Part shown: one piece after another, positions 46,875-56,847 of the stretch
Numbering within the stretch: position 1 is the first letter of the stretch
Layout: each line of letters opens with the position of its first letter
From: a virus
Direction: 5' to 3' (one strand)
DNA length: 64,000 bases
Virus record (IMG/VR): IMGVR_UViG_3300032246_002821
Location: 64,001 to 128,000 of that record
Translations under genes and position numbers: made by a program
Notes under the pieces: model-generated
The model's input: the letters and a program-made list of their open reading frames with translations, nothing else
Told to the model about the DNA's origin: nothing
Databases searched by the model: none

Positions 46875-49800
46875 TTAAGCGCCTAAACCTACACTTGGCG
46901 TTGTATTGCTCAATCCACCTTGGTTGGGATTGGTACCAGCAATAGCCCCTGTGTTCAGGATACGCACCGGTACGTAGATAAATTCCACAGCCTTGGTTGG
47001 TTCGATAGCGATATCGATGTGCAATTCATTACGGTCGATGGTTGATGGTGTGTTGTTTGTGGTATCGCACACAACCAAGTAATCATAGATACCGCGTTGT
47101 GCCACCACATCATTCAACAATCCTTCGATAGCCTGCTTGGCTTCGTTACGAGTGATGGTATCATTGGGTTCGAACACCAGAGGCTTAACCAGACGTTCCA
47201 GATTGTAACGCAGGTAGTTGATCAAACGTGCCACATTGATACGATCCAACGCTGTGGCAGTCGCCTGGCGTGTATGGTTACCATAGTTCAGGATACCTTC
47301 TGTCGGGAACACTGCCACTGGATTCACGTTGTTTTCGTAAAGCAGATCACGTAGTCCCTGGTTGGTACCGATGCTGACAAACTTGCCTGAGGCACGATCC
47401 ACATATCCGATCTTGCTGACGTTGTCGATCTTACCACGAATCGTTCCAGCTGGTGCGAACCAAGGATGGCTGTTCTGGTCTGATTTAACGATCATACGCA
47501 GGATAGCGTGTGTGATTGGCACAACAACTTGTCCTACTCCATCCAATGCATTGGTATAAGCAGCACCTGGGTAGAATGTACCCACGAAACTGTCATTTAT
47601 GCTCAGTCCTTCTTCATTTGTGTTGGCCACTGAAGCAGTGTTCATCACATAATTGCTGACACTTGTTAAATCGTTGCTCAGGCCCATCGGGCTGTCTGCA
47701 AGGATGAATGCTGTATTGCGTCTGTCATTGTTCAATGTCACTAGGTTATGTGTCAACTCAGGATAACCTGGGCAAACCATAAGATTGAAATGACGTTGAT
47801 CTTCTCTGGCCATATCATTCAAATCGACCGCTTCAGCCAATTTGCTTACAACAACATTACGCACAGCCTTACGACCAAAGTATGGAACACTATTCTGGTC
47901 TTTGCCGCTCAAACTCTGCCAAGTGCTTGTGTAATCCGGCAGGGTGTTGAGTGGGTAGCTGGTGCTGTTGAATTTATCTGCAACATAAGTTTTAACGTTG
48001 AAGCTGCTGCGGCGTGTGTTGAACAACAGTGTACCACGAGGATAGATCTGAGGATTAGGTGCATCCAGATCCACGTGATCGCTTGTCAACAGACTAACGA
48101 TAGTGGGTTTGGTTCCCAGCGCAGGATCTACCATACCTCCAGCGATTGTGCTGGCGATGTCCCAACGAGCATCTGCAAACACTATACCATTTTCACTAGT
48201 GTGATCAGTGTTGTCTATTGCTACCCACTGATCTGTGCCGCTCACACGCTGCCAACGATAGATCATTGGATAGTTTTCCAAATCGCTAGTGTCCACCCAA
48301 ATGTCGCCGTAAACCAATGCAGTGCCATCGCTTTGTTTTGTTGGCGCACTCGCTTGGATGAATGGTCCCAGAGGATCGGTATTGGACAAGTTATAACCGC
48401 GGCTGTCGCTGGTCACATTGTGATAACCTTTCCAGATCGTACCATTGCTGACCATGATGTCCACTTCCAGCGGACTATTGTAATACCAGATGGTGCCATC
48501 TGGAGGTGCAATCACTGGTGCTGTGCTTTGCTGATATAGATCACTTGCATCTGCCCATAAACTCGCTGCTATCTTATTGGATCCAGCATCTATCATATAA
48601 GGTGTTGTGCTACTCGCACCATTCACACCAGCAACAGTGAATCCTGCTGTGGCTAGCGGAGTGTTAGTACCATCAGTGAATCTTATCTGACCACCAGTTG
48701 TATGTGTGAACACTATGTGACCTGTGCTGTCCAAACTGCAAGTCAAATATGGGATATTTTTAGCCAACACATCTGTGACAAAACTGCTTGCTGTTGTGCT
48801 GCTTAGTGTAACAGTCACGCCAGCGGTATAAGAGTTTGAACCAGGATTGGTCATTTCTATGGTAAATGTGCTGCTGGCTGTGAATGTGGGATTGGCTGTG
48901 GAACCAGTGACACTAGTGATGCCAGTACCAATCCTTTGGAACACTTTGAATGTGGCAGTAGATGCCACGTTTACATCATACATTATGTATAGTGTATCTT
49001 GGGCAATACCCAGACCACCTAGACTTGGATCCAACTGGTAGAGTGCTTCGCGAGGACCTGAGTAGATCGGAGTCGGAATCAATACCCACTGGCTAGTGGC
49101 ACTGTTCCAACGATATACTGGAATGCTCGCGCCATTATTGACAGCAGTCGTTTTGATCCAAACGCTGCCGCTGGGAGCAACCGTACCACCATCTGTGCTT
49201 TTCCATAATGGCACATTATAGTGATTGGCAAAAGTGAACTGTGCTGCATAATATGTGCCCGGACCGGTCCAACCACCAGCTGGATTGGTGCCAGCTGTGT
49301 AACTACCAAAGATAGCAGTCAGTGGTGTGTTGCTGCTGTTAGCGATAGCAACCTTTCCATCCACAGTGCTACCATTACTCCTAGCAAGGCTTGTGGCAAA
49401 AATGTAAAAATAACCGTTGACATAAGCAGCGGTAACACCAGGAATCGCGGCATTGTTGATCTGAGTCGCAACATTGCTTGCACTACCAGTGCTTGCAACA
49501 GTAATAGTAGTACCATTGATGGTAAATGCGTCGTTAGCTGTGACGTTTGTGCTTTGAACGTTACTGCGGAATGCAGGTGTTTTGGCCTGCCAGGCAGTGC
49601 TGCCTACCAGGTTCCAGCTGTTGTCATATGCTTTCTGATAGATGGGATTCTTAACGTCAGTGCTTACCACAGCGAATTGGCCCACAGTACCTACAGTGGT
49701 CTTGGGCACAGTTTGTCCGCTGACAAGGTCACTTGTGCTAGTGATAGTGATAGGTGCCTGTAAATTGAATGTAGGATTCGGTGTTGAACTGAAATCCTGG

Positions 49801-50249
49801 CTGAAAGTGAAGATACCCCAATTGGCAAGAGCAGTGTCCAACCATTGAGTACCACCATCAGGACTGCCATATGGGCGGCTGCTGCTGCCAGTAAGCTGAG
49901 CCATATCGATATCAGCACGTAGGATGTATGCTTGGTTGGTGATACCCAACACGCTGTGTGCTGCCATCAGGCCATATTCAGCAGTTTCACTACCAAATAG
50001 TCTGTTACCACTCGCATCCGTTGGGAAAATAGGTAATCCATAATTGCTCAATAGTTCTTTTTGGCTCGCTACCAGCTGCAATGTGTTGGCTGTAGCTGAT
50101 GTAGTATAGCTAGCTATACCACCTGCGGTGCTTGTTTTGTTCTGTGCTGTAGCTAGCAAGATAAAGGGTACTGTACCGGGACCGGTCGGAGCATAATTGC
50201 TCTGGTCAATCACTGTAACTGATACGCCTGGTGATACTAAAGTTGCCAT
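46875..50249 (-). CDS. gp18: Tail sheath protein, gp18-like, with large insertion (1124 aa)
   Basis: LVSPGVSVTVID N-terminus; PWFAPAG.RG, NPV, RINVARL, FEPND C-terminal sheath domain. Confidence 0.95.
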   Translation of the reverse strand: MATLVSPGVSVTVIDQSNYAPTGPGTVPFILLATAQNKTSTAGGIASYTTSATANTLQLVASQKELLSNYGLPIFPTDASGNRLFGSETAEYGLMAAHSVLGITNQAYILRADIDMAQLTGSSSRPYGSPDGGTQWLDTALANWGIFTFSQDFSSTPNPTFNLQAPITITSTSDLVSGQTVPKTTVGTVGQFAVVSTDVKNPIYQKAYDNSWNLVGSTAWQAKTPAFRSNVQSTNVTANDAFTINGTTITVASTGSASNVATQINNAAIPGVTAAYVNGYFYIFATSLARSNGSTVDGKVAIANSSNTPLTAIFGSYTAGTNPAGGWTGPGTYYAAQFTFANHYNVPLWKSTDGGTVAPSGSVWIKTTAVNNGASIPVYRWNSATSQWVLIPTPIYSGPREALYQLDPSLGGLGIAQDTLYIMYDVNVASTATFKVFQRIGTGITSVTGSTANPTFTASSTFTIEMTNPGSNSYTAGVTVTLSSTTASSFVTDVLAKNIPYLTCSLDSTGHIVFTHTTGGQIRFTDGTNTPLATAGFTVAGVNGASSTTPYMIDAGSNKIAASLWADASDLYQQSTAPVIAPPDGTIWYYNSPLEVDIMVSNGTIWKGYHNVTSDSRGYNLSNTDPLGPFIQASAPTKQSDGTALVYGDIWVDTSDLENYPMIYRWQRVSGTDQWVAIDNTDHTSENGIVFADARWDIASTIAGGMVDPALGTKPTIVSLLTSDHVDLDAPNPQIYPRGTLLFNTRRSSFNVKTYVADKFNSTSYPLNTLPDYTSTWQSLSGKDQNSVPYFGRKAVRNVVVSKLAEAVDLNDMAREDQRHFNLMVCPGYPELTHNLVTLNNDRRNTAFILADSPMGLSNDLTSVSNYVMNTASVANTNEEGLSINDSFVGTFYPGAAYTNALDGVGQVVVPITHAILRMIVKSDQNSHPWFAPAGTIRGKIDNVSKIGYVDRASGKFVSIGTNQGLRDLLYENNVNPVAVFPTEGILNYGNHTRQATATALDRINVARLINYLRYNLERLVKPLVFEPNDTITRNEAKQAIEGLLNDVVAQRGIYDYLVVCDTTNNTPSTIDRNELHIDIAIEPTKAVEFIYVPVRILNTGAIAGTNPNQGGLSNTTPSVGLGA

Positions 50250-50330
50250 CTGGTAATTCCTCTGTAGGTGTTACCAGTATTTAGTGATCTGCCATAAAAC
50301 CAGCGTGTTATCGCAAGTTATAATAGTATA

Positions 50331-50915
50331 TTATAGTTTATCAGCGACCGATTTTTGTAGGTCTTGCAGTGTGCCATTGTTGAAGATTGTATGATCGAAA
50401 TCAGATTTGGCCCAGGCATATTCGCTGGAATGTATGTGTTCTGGTATTATGCTGTGTGATTTGTATTTTAAAAACCATTCCGAATCTTCACCGCGTTTGA
50501 CACACCAGACTTCACCATCCATCCGCTTGATCATATCCACTTCATTCACGAATCTGCAATCAGGTATCACGTAGTTTTTACCAGTGTCACTGAGTTTTCT
50601 CTCCATACTGGCTATCCAGATGTCTTTATGGAAACCATCGCGACATACTTCTGTGCCCCATAATTGCAATATCAACCTGGGAGTTAGATCATTAATATTC
50701 AATCGGTTGGCCCACCAGGGATCCACCTGTTCACGAAATTCTCGGCTGAGATCTGTATCGCCTTCCAGCAGGTATCTGGGCCAGCCGAACACGGATGATA
50801 CCGCATCTTTCAAACTGTCTGCAAAACTTAATTTAATAAAACCGTGTTTGTGTTGCAATATATCTGCAACTGTTCCTTTACCGGAACCAATGAATCCACA
50901 TACGCCTATAATCAT
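50331..50915 (-). CDS. gp1: Deoxynucleoside monophosphate kinase, T4 gp1-like
   Basis: GFIGSGKGT, SFADSLK, PRLILQLWGTE, DCRFVNE and HSSE. Confidence 0.93.
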   Translation of the reverse strand: MIIGVCGFIGSGKGTVADILQHKHGFIKLSFADSLKDAVSSVFGWPRYLLEGDTDLSREFREQVDPWWANRLNINDLTPRLILQLWGTEVCRDGFHKDIWIASMERKLSDTGKNYVIPDCRFVNEVDMIKRMDGEVWCVKRGEDSEWFLKYKSHSIIPEHIHSSEYAWAKSDFDHTIFNNGTLQDLQKSVADKL

Positions 50916-50951
50916 AAGCGTAATTATACAGATTTAAATTTACAAGTCAAA

Positions 50952-51704
50952 TTATCCTATTACGAACCACATGGGTGTTTCACCAGCCATATAATTGGTG
51001 ATCTCGCCTTCCAGTTTCTCAATCTTTTCCTTGGCTCTGGCTATTAGATCAGCGCCGTTGAGGCTGGTTCCGCCCTGTGGACCTGGTAGTGTACTGAACT
51101 TGCTGCGGGCTTCACCTATCATCATCATGCACAGGGCCAGCGTATATTCACGAATCCAGGGATTGCTATAGATGTCTGTCAATAAGGTCACATCAGGACG
51201 ATAATTTTCCGTCCACAACAAGATGGTTTCCTTATCTGCCCTGGGTCTACGCATTATGGTCAGTTCTTTAGTGACATTATTGAATTTATAATTGATGTAT
51301 CCACCGAACATCTTGGCAGCTTCTTTGAGGAAACTGCTGTACAGGAAGTATGTGCTGAGACCGCCCACACGTCCTGACTGGATCATATAGAAGTTGACGA
51401 AGCCTGCTTCGAATGGCTCGTATTGGCTGCTGGTGCCTGAGTTTGCACCAATATTGCGTTTAAAACAGTTGCGTACACTGATGACTTCATTGGGTAGCTG
51501 ATATGTGTTGGTGTCCATTTGCAGTTCCAGGAAACTGTAACTTTCTTCCACACTGTTGCTGCTGCGTTGACGGAAACGAATCAGGGATTGTTTCAGTGCA
51601 GTTTCATAATGAACTGGATCCAGTTCGATATCGATCATCCCGTCACCAAGGGTATAACGGACATAATCAAATACTTCTGTTTTTAATTGCTGTATATTTG
51701 CCAT
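50952..51704 (-). CDS. gp13: Neck protein, T4 gp13-like
   Basis: LGDGMIDIEL, WIREYTLA, RSKF..LPG, LNGADL. Confidence 0.85.
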   Translation of the reverse strand: MANIQQLKTEVFDYVRYTLGDGMIDIELDPVHYETALKQSLIRFRQRSSNSVEESYSFLELQMDTNTYQLPNEVISVRNCFKRNIGANSGTSSQYEPFEAGFVNFYMIQSGRVGGLSTYFLYSSFLKEAAKMFGGYINYKFNNVTKELTIMRRPRADKETILLWTENYRPDVTLLTDIYSNPWIREYTLALCMMMIGEARSKFSTLPGPQGGTSLNGADLIARAKEKIEKLEGEITNYMAGETPMWFVIG

Positions 51705-51757
51705 TGTCCAGTATTTATGTTATTTTAGTCTGTTGTATGATGCCGGTAAATATTGAA

Positions 51758-53665
51758 ATGAACATCAGTGACAAAGAAATAGAAGCTGCTATCGTCAATA
51801 ACAAAGACTGGGCGATGACCAGGACCATGGCAGATTATGTCAGAGATAAGCCGCAGAAAAACCTCACACCTGTGGTTTTCAACCCCAGTACCAAGAAAAC
51901 CAAACTGACACTGATGATGATACCCGAATGGGGAGTGTGGTTTCCGCCTTACAATCTCAGCAGACTTAGTGCAGTAGCTCGTGCAGCAGGATATCCTGTC
52001 ACAGTGTATGATGTAAATGTCAAAGCCTGGCATATAATGAAAAAACAGATGCCCTATGATGCCTGGGACCACAGCAGGGAATGGTTATGGACCAACGAAA
52101 ACTATCACAAAGAGATACATCCCTATCTGGAACCCATCCTCAACGACTATCTGGAAAAACTCATAGCAGATAAACCAGATGTGGTGGGTTTTTGCTTGTA
52201 CTATACAAATGAACGACCAGTGACCTGGCTGGCAGCCAAGATCAGGAAAGCACTGCCAGGCACCAAGATCATTGTGGGAGGGCCGCAGGCAGAAGCAATG
52301 AACCGTTATATGAAGGGAGATATGAACAGGTTCATGAAAGGTGTTTTCCATCACGTGGTTGAGGGAGAAGGTGAACAAGTGTTGCTGGATATCCTGGAAG
52401 CCATTGAAGCAGGCGCACCATTAAAACAAAAAACATTCGAAAAAAACATCAAGATACGCATAGATCTGGACAGTTTGCCTTTTCCTGACTACAGCGATTA
52501 TGATATGCAGGATTATCTCACGCCCCAGGGAATGAGCAGCGAGATCAGTCGTGGTTGTATCGCCAAATGTGTTTTTTGTACAGAAGTCCATTTCTGGAAA
52601 TATCGTGATCGCACAGCCCAGCGATTACTAAACGAACTGGAATATCAGATCAAGCACTTTGGTCTGAAATTTGTATGGTTCATAGACAGTTTAGTCAATG
52701 GCAATCTCAGGCAACTGAGAGGTTTTTGCCTGGGAGTGAAAGAACGCGGCATAGACATCAGATGGCAGGGTTATGCCCGTTGCGATGGCAGGATGGATCT
52801 GGAATATTTCCAGGACCTGGCGGCCAGCGGTTGTATGCACCTGAGCTACGGTATAGAGTCAGGAAGCCAAAAAGTATTGGATTCCATGAAAAAAGAGATA
52901 CGGTTGGGTGAGATAGAAGCCAATATGGCTCACGGCAGGCAGGTGGGCATACTGGCTCAGACAAATTGGATAGTGGGGTTCCCGAATGAAGATCCCGAAG
53001 CCTTCGCCGACACGCTGATACTGATTTGGCGCATCCGTAATGACAACCTGTTCGCCATAAGCGCGGGCATCAGTATGATGTTGAGTCCTGGCAGCGAGAT
53101 AAGCGATAACAGGAACAAATGGAACATTGCAGAAAAGGATTTCCTGAATCTGTGGACCACGACAGATCTAAAAAACACCAAAGTGCATCGTCTTATCAGA
53201 CAGAAAAGTTTCGCAATATTCATAGAACATCTGAATAGCAATAGGCACATCTATGGTTGCGAACGCCCCAATATGAAAAAAACATATGAGATAAAATACA
53301 ACGACCTTTATGTAAACACAACTATAGATCGGGAAACTTACGATTATGAAATAATAAAGACAGATCTAGGTGATTTTGCCAACACAGTGATGAATGAGAT
53401 ATGGCCCTTGTTACGGACCTTTTACCGGGCACTGAACGATTATGAGATCACAGTAAGATTCGATCCAGAGGCAGACAAGGCGGAATTTGGTGACAGGCTT
53501 GGATGCAACTATACAGCACTACACAAATTCAGCATCGATAAAACAGGCGCTTGGCAAGCTGATTTCCATTATGATTTCAAACACCTGGATCACAATGACA
53601 AACCCGATCCCTTCTGGCCAGACAGCAGCTTCACATACCACTGGACTGGCACAGGGCAGTGGTGA
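51758..53665 (+). CDS. Cobalamin-binding radical SAM enzyme (class B-like)
   Basis: PPYNLSRL, DVVGFCLY and IIVGGP (B12 domain); SRGCIAKCVFC; YGIESGSQ, IVGFPNE; start at 51758 follows TAAATA. Confidence 0.9.
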   Translation: MNISDKEIEAAIVNNKDWAMTRTMADYVRDKPQKNLTPVVFNPSTKKTKLTLMMIPEWGVWFPPYNLSRLSAVARAAGYPVTVYDVNVKAWHIMKKQMPYDAWDHSREWLWTNENYHKEIHPYLEPILNDYLEKLIADKPDVVGFCLYYTNERPVTWLAAKIRKALPGTKIIVGGPQAEAMNRYMKGDMNRFMKGVFHHVVEGEGEQVLLDILEAIEAGAPLKQKTFEKNIKIRIDLDSLPFPDYSDYDMQDYLTPQGMSSEISRGCIAKCVFCTEVHFWKYRDRTAQRLLNELEYQIKHFGLKFVWFIDSLVNGNLRQLRGFCLGVKERGIDIRWQGYARCDGRMDLEYFQDLAASGCMHLSYGIESGSQKVLDSMKKEIRLGEIEANMAHGRQVGILAQTNWIVGFPNEDPEAFADTLILIWRIRNDNLFAISAGISMMLSPGSEISDNRNKWNIAEKDFLNLWTTTDLKNTKVHRLIRQKSFAIFIEHLNSNRHIYGCERPNMKKTYEIKYNDLYVNTTIDRETYDYEIIKTDLGDFANTVMNEIWPLLRTFYRALNDYEITVRFDPEADKAEFGDRLGCNYTALHKFSIDKTGAWQADFHYDFKHLDHNDKPDPFWPDSSFTYHWTGTGQW

Positions 53666-53896
53666 TCAACTACCATATTTTAATACGAATTCCACCTGGT
53701 GTTCCTTAGACAATTCCGCACTTATTACGATATCCCAGCCCAGCTGATGATTGGGTGTGCAGATGTAAGTGGCTTGTACGATAGCTCTTTCTTTCAACCA
53801 CAGAGCTTTCTCCGTTTTTTCCCAATCGTATAATGGAAAACTGGCCATGAGATAGGGATCTTCTGAATCTCCCATTTTTAAAACTTCGACTATCAT
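53666..53896 (-). CDS. Small hypothetical protein
   Basis: TGATG-coupled start; ends EFVLKYGS. Confidence 0.55.
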   Translation of the reverse strand: MIVEVLKMGDSEDPYLMASFPLYDWEKTEKALWLKERAIVQATYICTPNHQLGWDIVISAELSKEHQVEFVLKYGS

Positions 53897-54741
53897 CAGC
53901 AGAATCCCTGTAAATTTTCGCTGCGGACGATCTTTGTCAGCCTCCTGATATCTGTGCAATCCATCCAGGGCCAGATGTTGTTTTGCTGTGCCTGTTCAGT
54001 GATGTGTTTACGCAGATTGTCCTGGCTGTCAGAGACTGATGTGATCGTATCTGGACGCCAGTCGTGATCATAAGTTTTTTGCAGATAAGACAAATGCTCT
54101 TGAGGTAGTGGGTGTCCGTCGTTGAATCTCGGATGTATCGTCTGTTGATCTATATGGAATTTGCTTTGCAAATCATTATTCCACAGCACATCATAATAAC
54201 TAGCTGGTATCTTTTGTAGCACATCGCTGTACATCTTTATCAGCCTGTGCATCTGTTCAGGTGTACCAAACATACTGGCATCTGGATTCCACTGGTCCTT
54301 GCGCCTGATTATGTCCATCATGGCCATATGATGATACTGGCATCCACGTTGTTGCAGGAAAGCGTCCGTGGCTGCGATGGTAGCCAGGTCTCGGATCAGA
54401 TAGCCCAGTGGGTCGGCGCACTTGTCCACAAAATGCTGATCGTAAAAATCTTGTGTATAGATGTTGCCGCACAGCTGCCAATGATCCTGGATATACCGGT
54501 CTTCTCTACACACATTTGTCCAACAGATTATTATCAGATCCGTGCTGCGGAATTTAAAATTGGCATCAGCTTGCATCAGCATATTGAATATGTACTGATT
54601 ACCTGCTGCTATACGCCCGTAATTGTACAGTGGGACCTGCAGGTCATAGGCCACTATCTCAGGCCATCCGGTCCAGTTGTAATCTGTAAAGCTGCATCCA
54701 AATGTGAACAATCTTTGCGGTTTTTGTGCTATCAATTTCAA
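53896..54741 (-). CDS. SGNH-like hypothetical protein
   Basis: FTFGCSFT, NYG..AAGN and C-terminal DGHP. Confidence 0.65.
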   Translation of the reverse strand: MKLIAQKPQRLFTFGCSFTDYNWTGWPEIVAYDLQVPLYNYGRIAAGNQYIFNMLMQADANFKFRSTDLIIICWTNVCREDRYIQDHWQLCGNIYTQDFYDQHFVDKCADPLGYLIRDLATIAATDAFLQQRGCQYHHMAMMDIIRRKDQWNPDASMFGTPEQMHRLIKMYSDVLQKIPASYYDVLWNNDLQSKFHIDQQTIHPRFNDGHPLPQEHLSYLQKTYDHDWRPDTITSVSDSQDNLRKHITEQAQQNNIWPWMDCTDIRRLTKIVRSENLQGFC

Positions 54742-54977
54742 TAATTATTCTCCCATTTAAGCAGGCAAAGAGTCAGTTGATCTCTTTGTTCAGGACCTCC
54801 GGTCACAGACCAATAGGGATTGCCATTGTTGAAATTGTAACTGATTTCTGCAGGAGATTCGATATTGTCTTCCAACCAGGCGTGTAATTCCCTGCTCTGT
54901 TCCCAGTGCCTGGCCCACTTGTATATTTTCACTTGCCATCTGCCATCAGGATGATCTGACAATTCGATAGGTTTCAA
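54738..54977 (-). CDS. Small hypothetical protein
   Basis: TTG start overlapping upstream stop; ends CLLKWE. Confidence 0.5.
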   Translation of the reverse strand: MKPIELSDHPDGRWQVKIYKWARHWEQSRELHAWLEDNIESPAEISYNFNNGNPYWSVTGGPEQRDQLTLCLLKWENNY

Positions 54978-55264
54978 TGTAACAGTACCTTGATCCAGCC
55001 CACGGAATCCATGCTTGCAATCATCAGGCCTGTGGCCAACATACCGAAACTGCCTCTGCTCCAGGCACACCAGGCATAGATTAATGTGCCGCTGATCCAC
55101 AAAGGATACAGCAACAGGAATGGCAGATCAGGTACAGTGGCATTGACTATGATAGCACACAACAGGCTGTTTAGCCAACACAACACTTCCAGCACGAATC
55201 TGATCTTGTTTTCTGCCCAATCGTCCTTGATCCATTCCCAGATGTTTTTTATGAATCCGTTCAT
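54974..55264 (-). CDS. Small membrane protein
   Basis: Three hydrophobic helices. Confidence 0.6.
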   Translation of the reverse strand: MNGFIKNIWEWIKDDWAENKIRFVLEVLCWLNSLLCAIIVNATVPDLPFLLLYPLWISGTLIYAWCAWSRGSFGMLATGLMIASMDSVGWIKVLLH

Positions 55265-55674
55265 TTTTTTTCCAGTTGCGGGTATCCCAGATAACGGCGC
55301 AGTTCCTTGTCCTGCGGTTCGAATCGTTCTCCCAGGAAGAAGATACGATAGCTCTCACTACCATACTGTCCTATGCCATATAACACATTAGCATCTGCGC
55401 CGTCCCAGGTCAAGAAGTCTATGCTCATACGGTAGATCCTTTTGGCCCGGACCTTGTACATACCCAATGGTTGTATCACAGCCTCGATGTCTATGATGCG
55501 GCTACGAAGCAATGCTTCAGGTGTGGGCCAGCGACTGAGAAATTCTGGCAGCACTGTCTTGACAGGTTTACAACCAGTCTGGTTAAGCATTATAACGCCC
55601 ACCATATGTTGCCAGGCGCCAGAGATCTGTTGCTGCACCATCAGGTCATCAGAAAGGGGCGTTGTGTTCGCCAT
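55261..55674 (-). CDS. HhH-GPD DNA glycosylase, MBD4-like
   Basis: WQHMVGVIMLNQT, FLSRWPTPE, PLGMY..RA and LYGIGQYGSESYRIF parallel MBD4 catalytic domain; no Fe-S Cys motif. Confidence 0.85.
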   Translation of the reverse strand: MANTTPLSDDLMVQQQISGAWQHMVGVIMLNQTGCKPVKTVLPEFLSRWPTPEALLRSRIIDIEAVIQPLGMYKVRAKRIYRMSIDFLTWDGADANVLYGIGQYGSESYRIFFLGERFEPQDKELRRYLGYPQLEKK

Positions 55675-56053
55675 CAGGTAATACCCCACTGTAACCAGGA
55701 TCACGGCCTTGCACGATAGCCTGCTTTAACCGCTCGCCCTTGTAATGGTCGGCGGTCTTACGTTCAGCATTGGTGATCTTCTGTTTGAAGCCCAGTGCAT
55801 TCAGGTATTCCTGATGCTTCTGCCAGCCACGGAGGAAACACTCACACTCAGCGAGATCGCCGGCAAACAGTTCGATACCACGGGTGTATACAGGCAGTAT
55901 GGTGCCGTCATCTTCCGGCACACGGATGAAGAAAATATCTTCATTTCCAGGAAATCCGTAACCGTGGCGACCGTGGCCCTCCAGCATGAAGCCCAGTTTG
56001 TTACAGTTGTGTTCCAGATCCATCATACGCTTATAAGTCTTGTAACCGCTCAT
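55649..56053 (-). CDS. Hypothetical protein
   Basis: Coupled ORF in operon. Confidence 0.55.
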   Translation of the reverse strand: MSGYKTYKRMMDLEHNCNKLGFMLEGHGRHGYGFPGNEDIFFIRVPEDDGTILPVYTRGIELFAGDLAECECFLRGWQKHQEYLNALGFKQKITNAERKTADHYKGERLKQAIVQGRDPGYSGVLPDGEHNAPF

Positions 56054-56469
56054 CTTGTTTTCTCCACTATGTCTTTGTAGCCGGTATGGCTGGGATGAAT
56101 CTGATCTGGTTGTACATTACGGATGGGAACCAAACCGTCTCCGTGCTGAGCTGCCACTTCCCGTACCCACTGCTGTATCTGTTCGATGGGCAGGTTCTGT
56201 GGAGCATGTAGGTTGCCATGTGGCAATACCCAGAACACTCGTTCAGCTGTCACACGCTGGCGTATGCGAAGCAGTTCTTCCTTTGTCCTGACACCCTTGT
56301 GATCGTTGGAACCCATGCTGATCACTACAGTGCGAGCAGTCAGTGGCATAGTATACATCTTATTGAACTGCCAGCTGTTGATACCGCCCTTGGCTACCAT
56401 CTCACAATGTGGAGCAAACTGATGGATGCCCACTGCAATGCTGTCACCTGCTATCAGACATTCAAACAT
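56050..56469 (-). CDS. SGNH/GDSL hydrolase-like protein
   Basis: AGDSIAVG, SMGSND and DQIHPSHTGY. Confidence 0.8.
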   Translation of the reverse strand: MFECLIAGDSIAVGIHQFAPHCEMVAKGGINSWQFNKMYTMPLTARTVVISMGSNDHKGVRTKEELLRIRQRVTAERVFWVLPHGNLHAPQNLPIEQIQQWVREVAAQHGDGLVPIRNVQPDQIHPSHTGYKDIVEKTR

Positions 56470-56629
56470 TTCTCTGCCTTTCCCATTCGTTATATCCTGC
56501 ATCTACCACAGTCATGGTCACGCCCATCTCGCTCAGCTGTTGTATCTGCTGGTATGCAGCATCGTATAGACGATTGCAGACACACATCTTCACACGATGC
56601 GCCAGCTTCATGAACTCGTAGTCTTTCAT
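56462..56629 (-). CDS. Small hypothetical protein (55 aa, not in ORF track)
   Basis: Hand-translated MKDYEFMKL...ERQRNV; coupled on both sides. Confidence 0.5.
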   Translation of the reverse strand: MKDYEFMKLAHRVKMCVCNRLYDAAYQQIQQLSEMGVTMTVVDAGYNEWERQRNV

Positions 56630-56799
56630 TCCATCTCTTCCAACATCGCGACGAAATCTCTGCCCACTTGGGCGAAGTATTCATCTAGATCCTTAGCCAT
56701 CTGATCCTCTGCTAGTTGCAGGTCCAGAGCAATCGTGAGGATCATCTGGGGTTTGAAAGTCTCTGGATCTACTTTTATCTCACGATTGATAAGTTTCAT
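56626..56799 (-). CDS. Small acidic hypothetical protein (57 aa, not in ORF track)
   Basis: Hand-translated MKLINREIK...MLEEME; TTGACA-16-TACATT promoter at 56824-56851. Confidence 0.5.
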   Translation of the reverse strand: MKLINREIKVDPETFKPQMILTIALDLQLAEDQMAKDLDEYFAQVGRDFVAMLEEME

Positions 56800-56847
56800 C
56801 ACCAATCCTTCTGCTTATAATAAAATGTAACACATCTTTCACAGTTG

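Noticed and set aside
51503-51757. N-terminal 85 aa of the track's 720-aa radical SAM ORF
   Set aside because: Overlaps the gp13 gene antisense; the real start is more plausibly 51758, just after TAAATA
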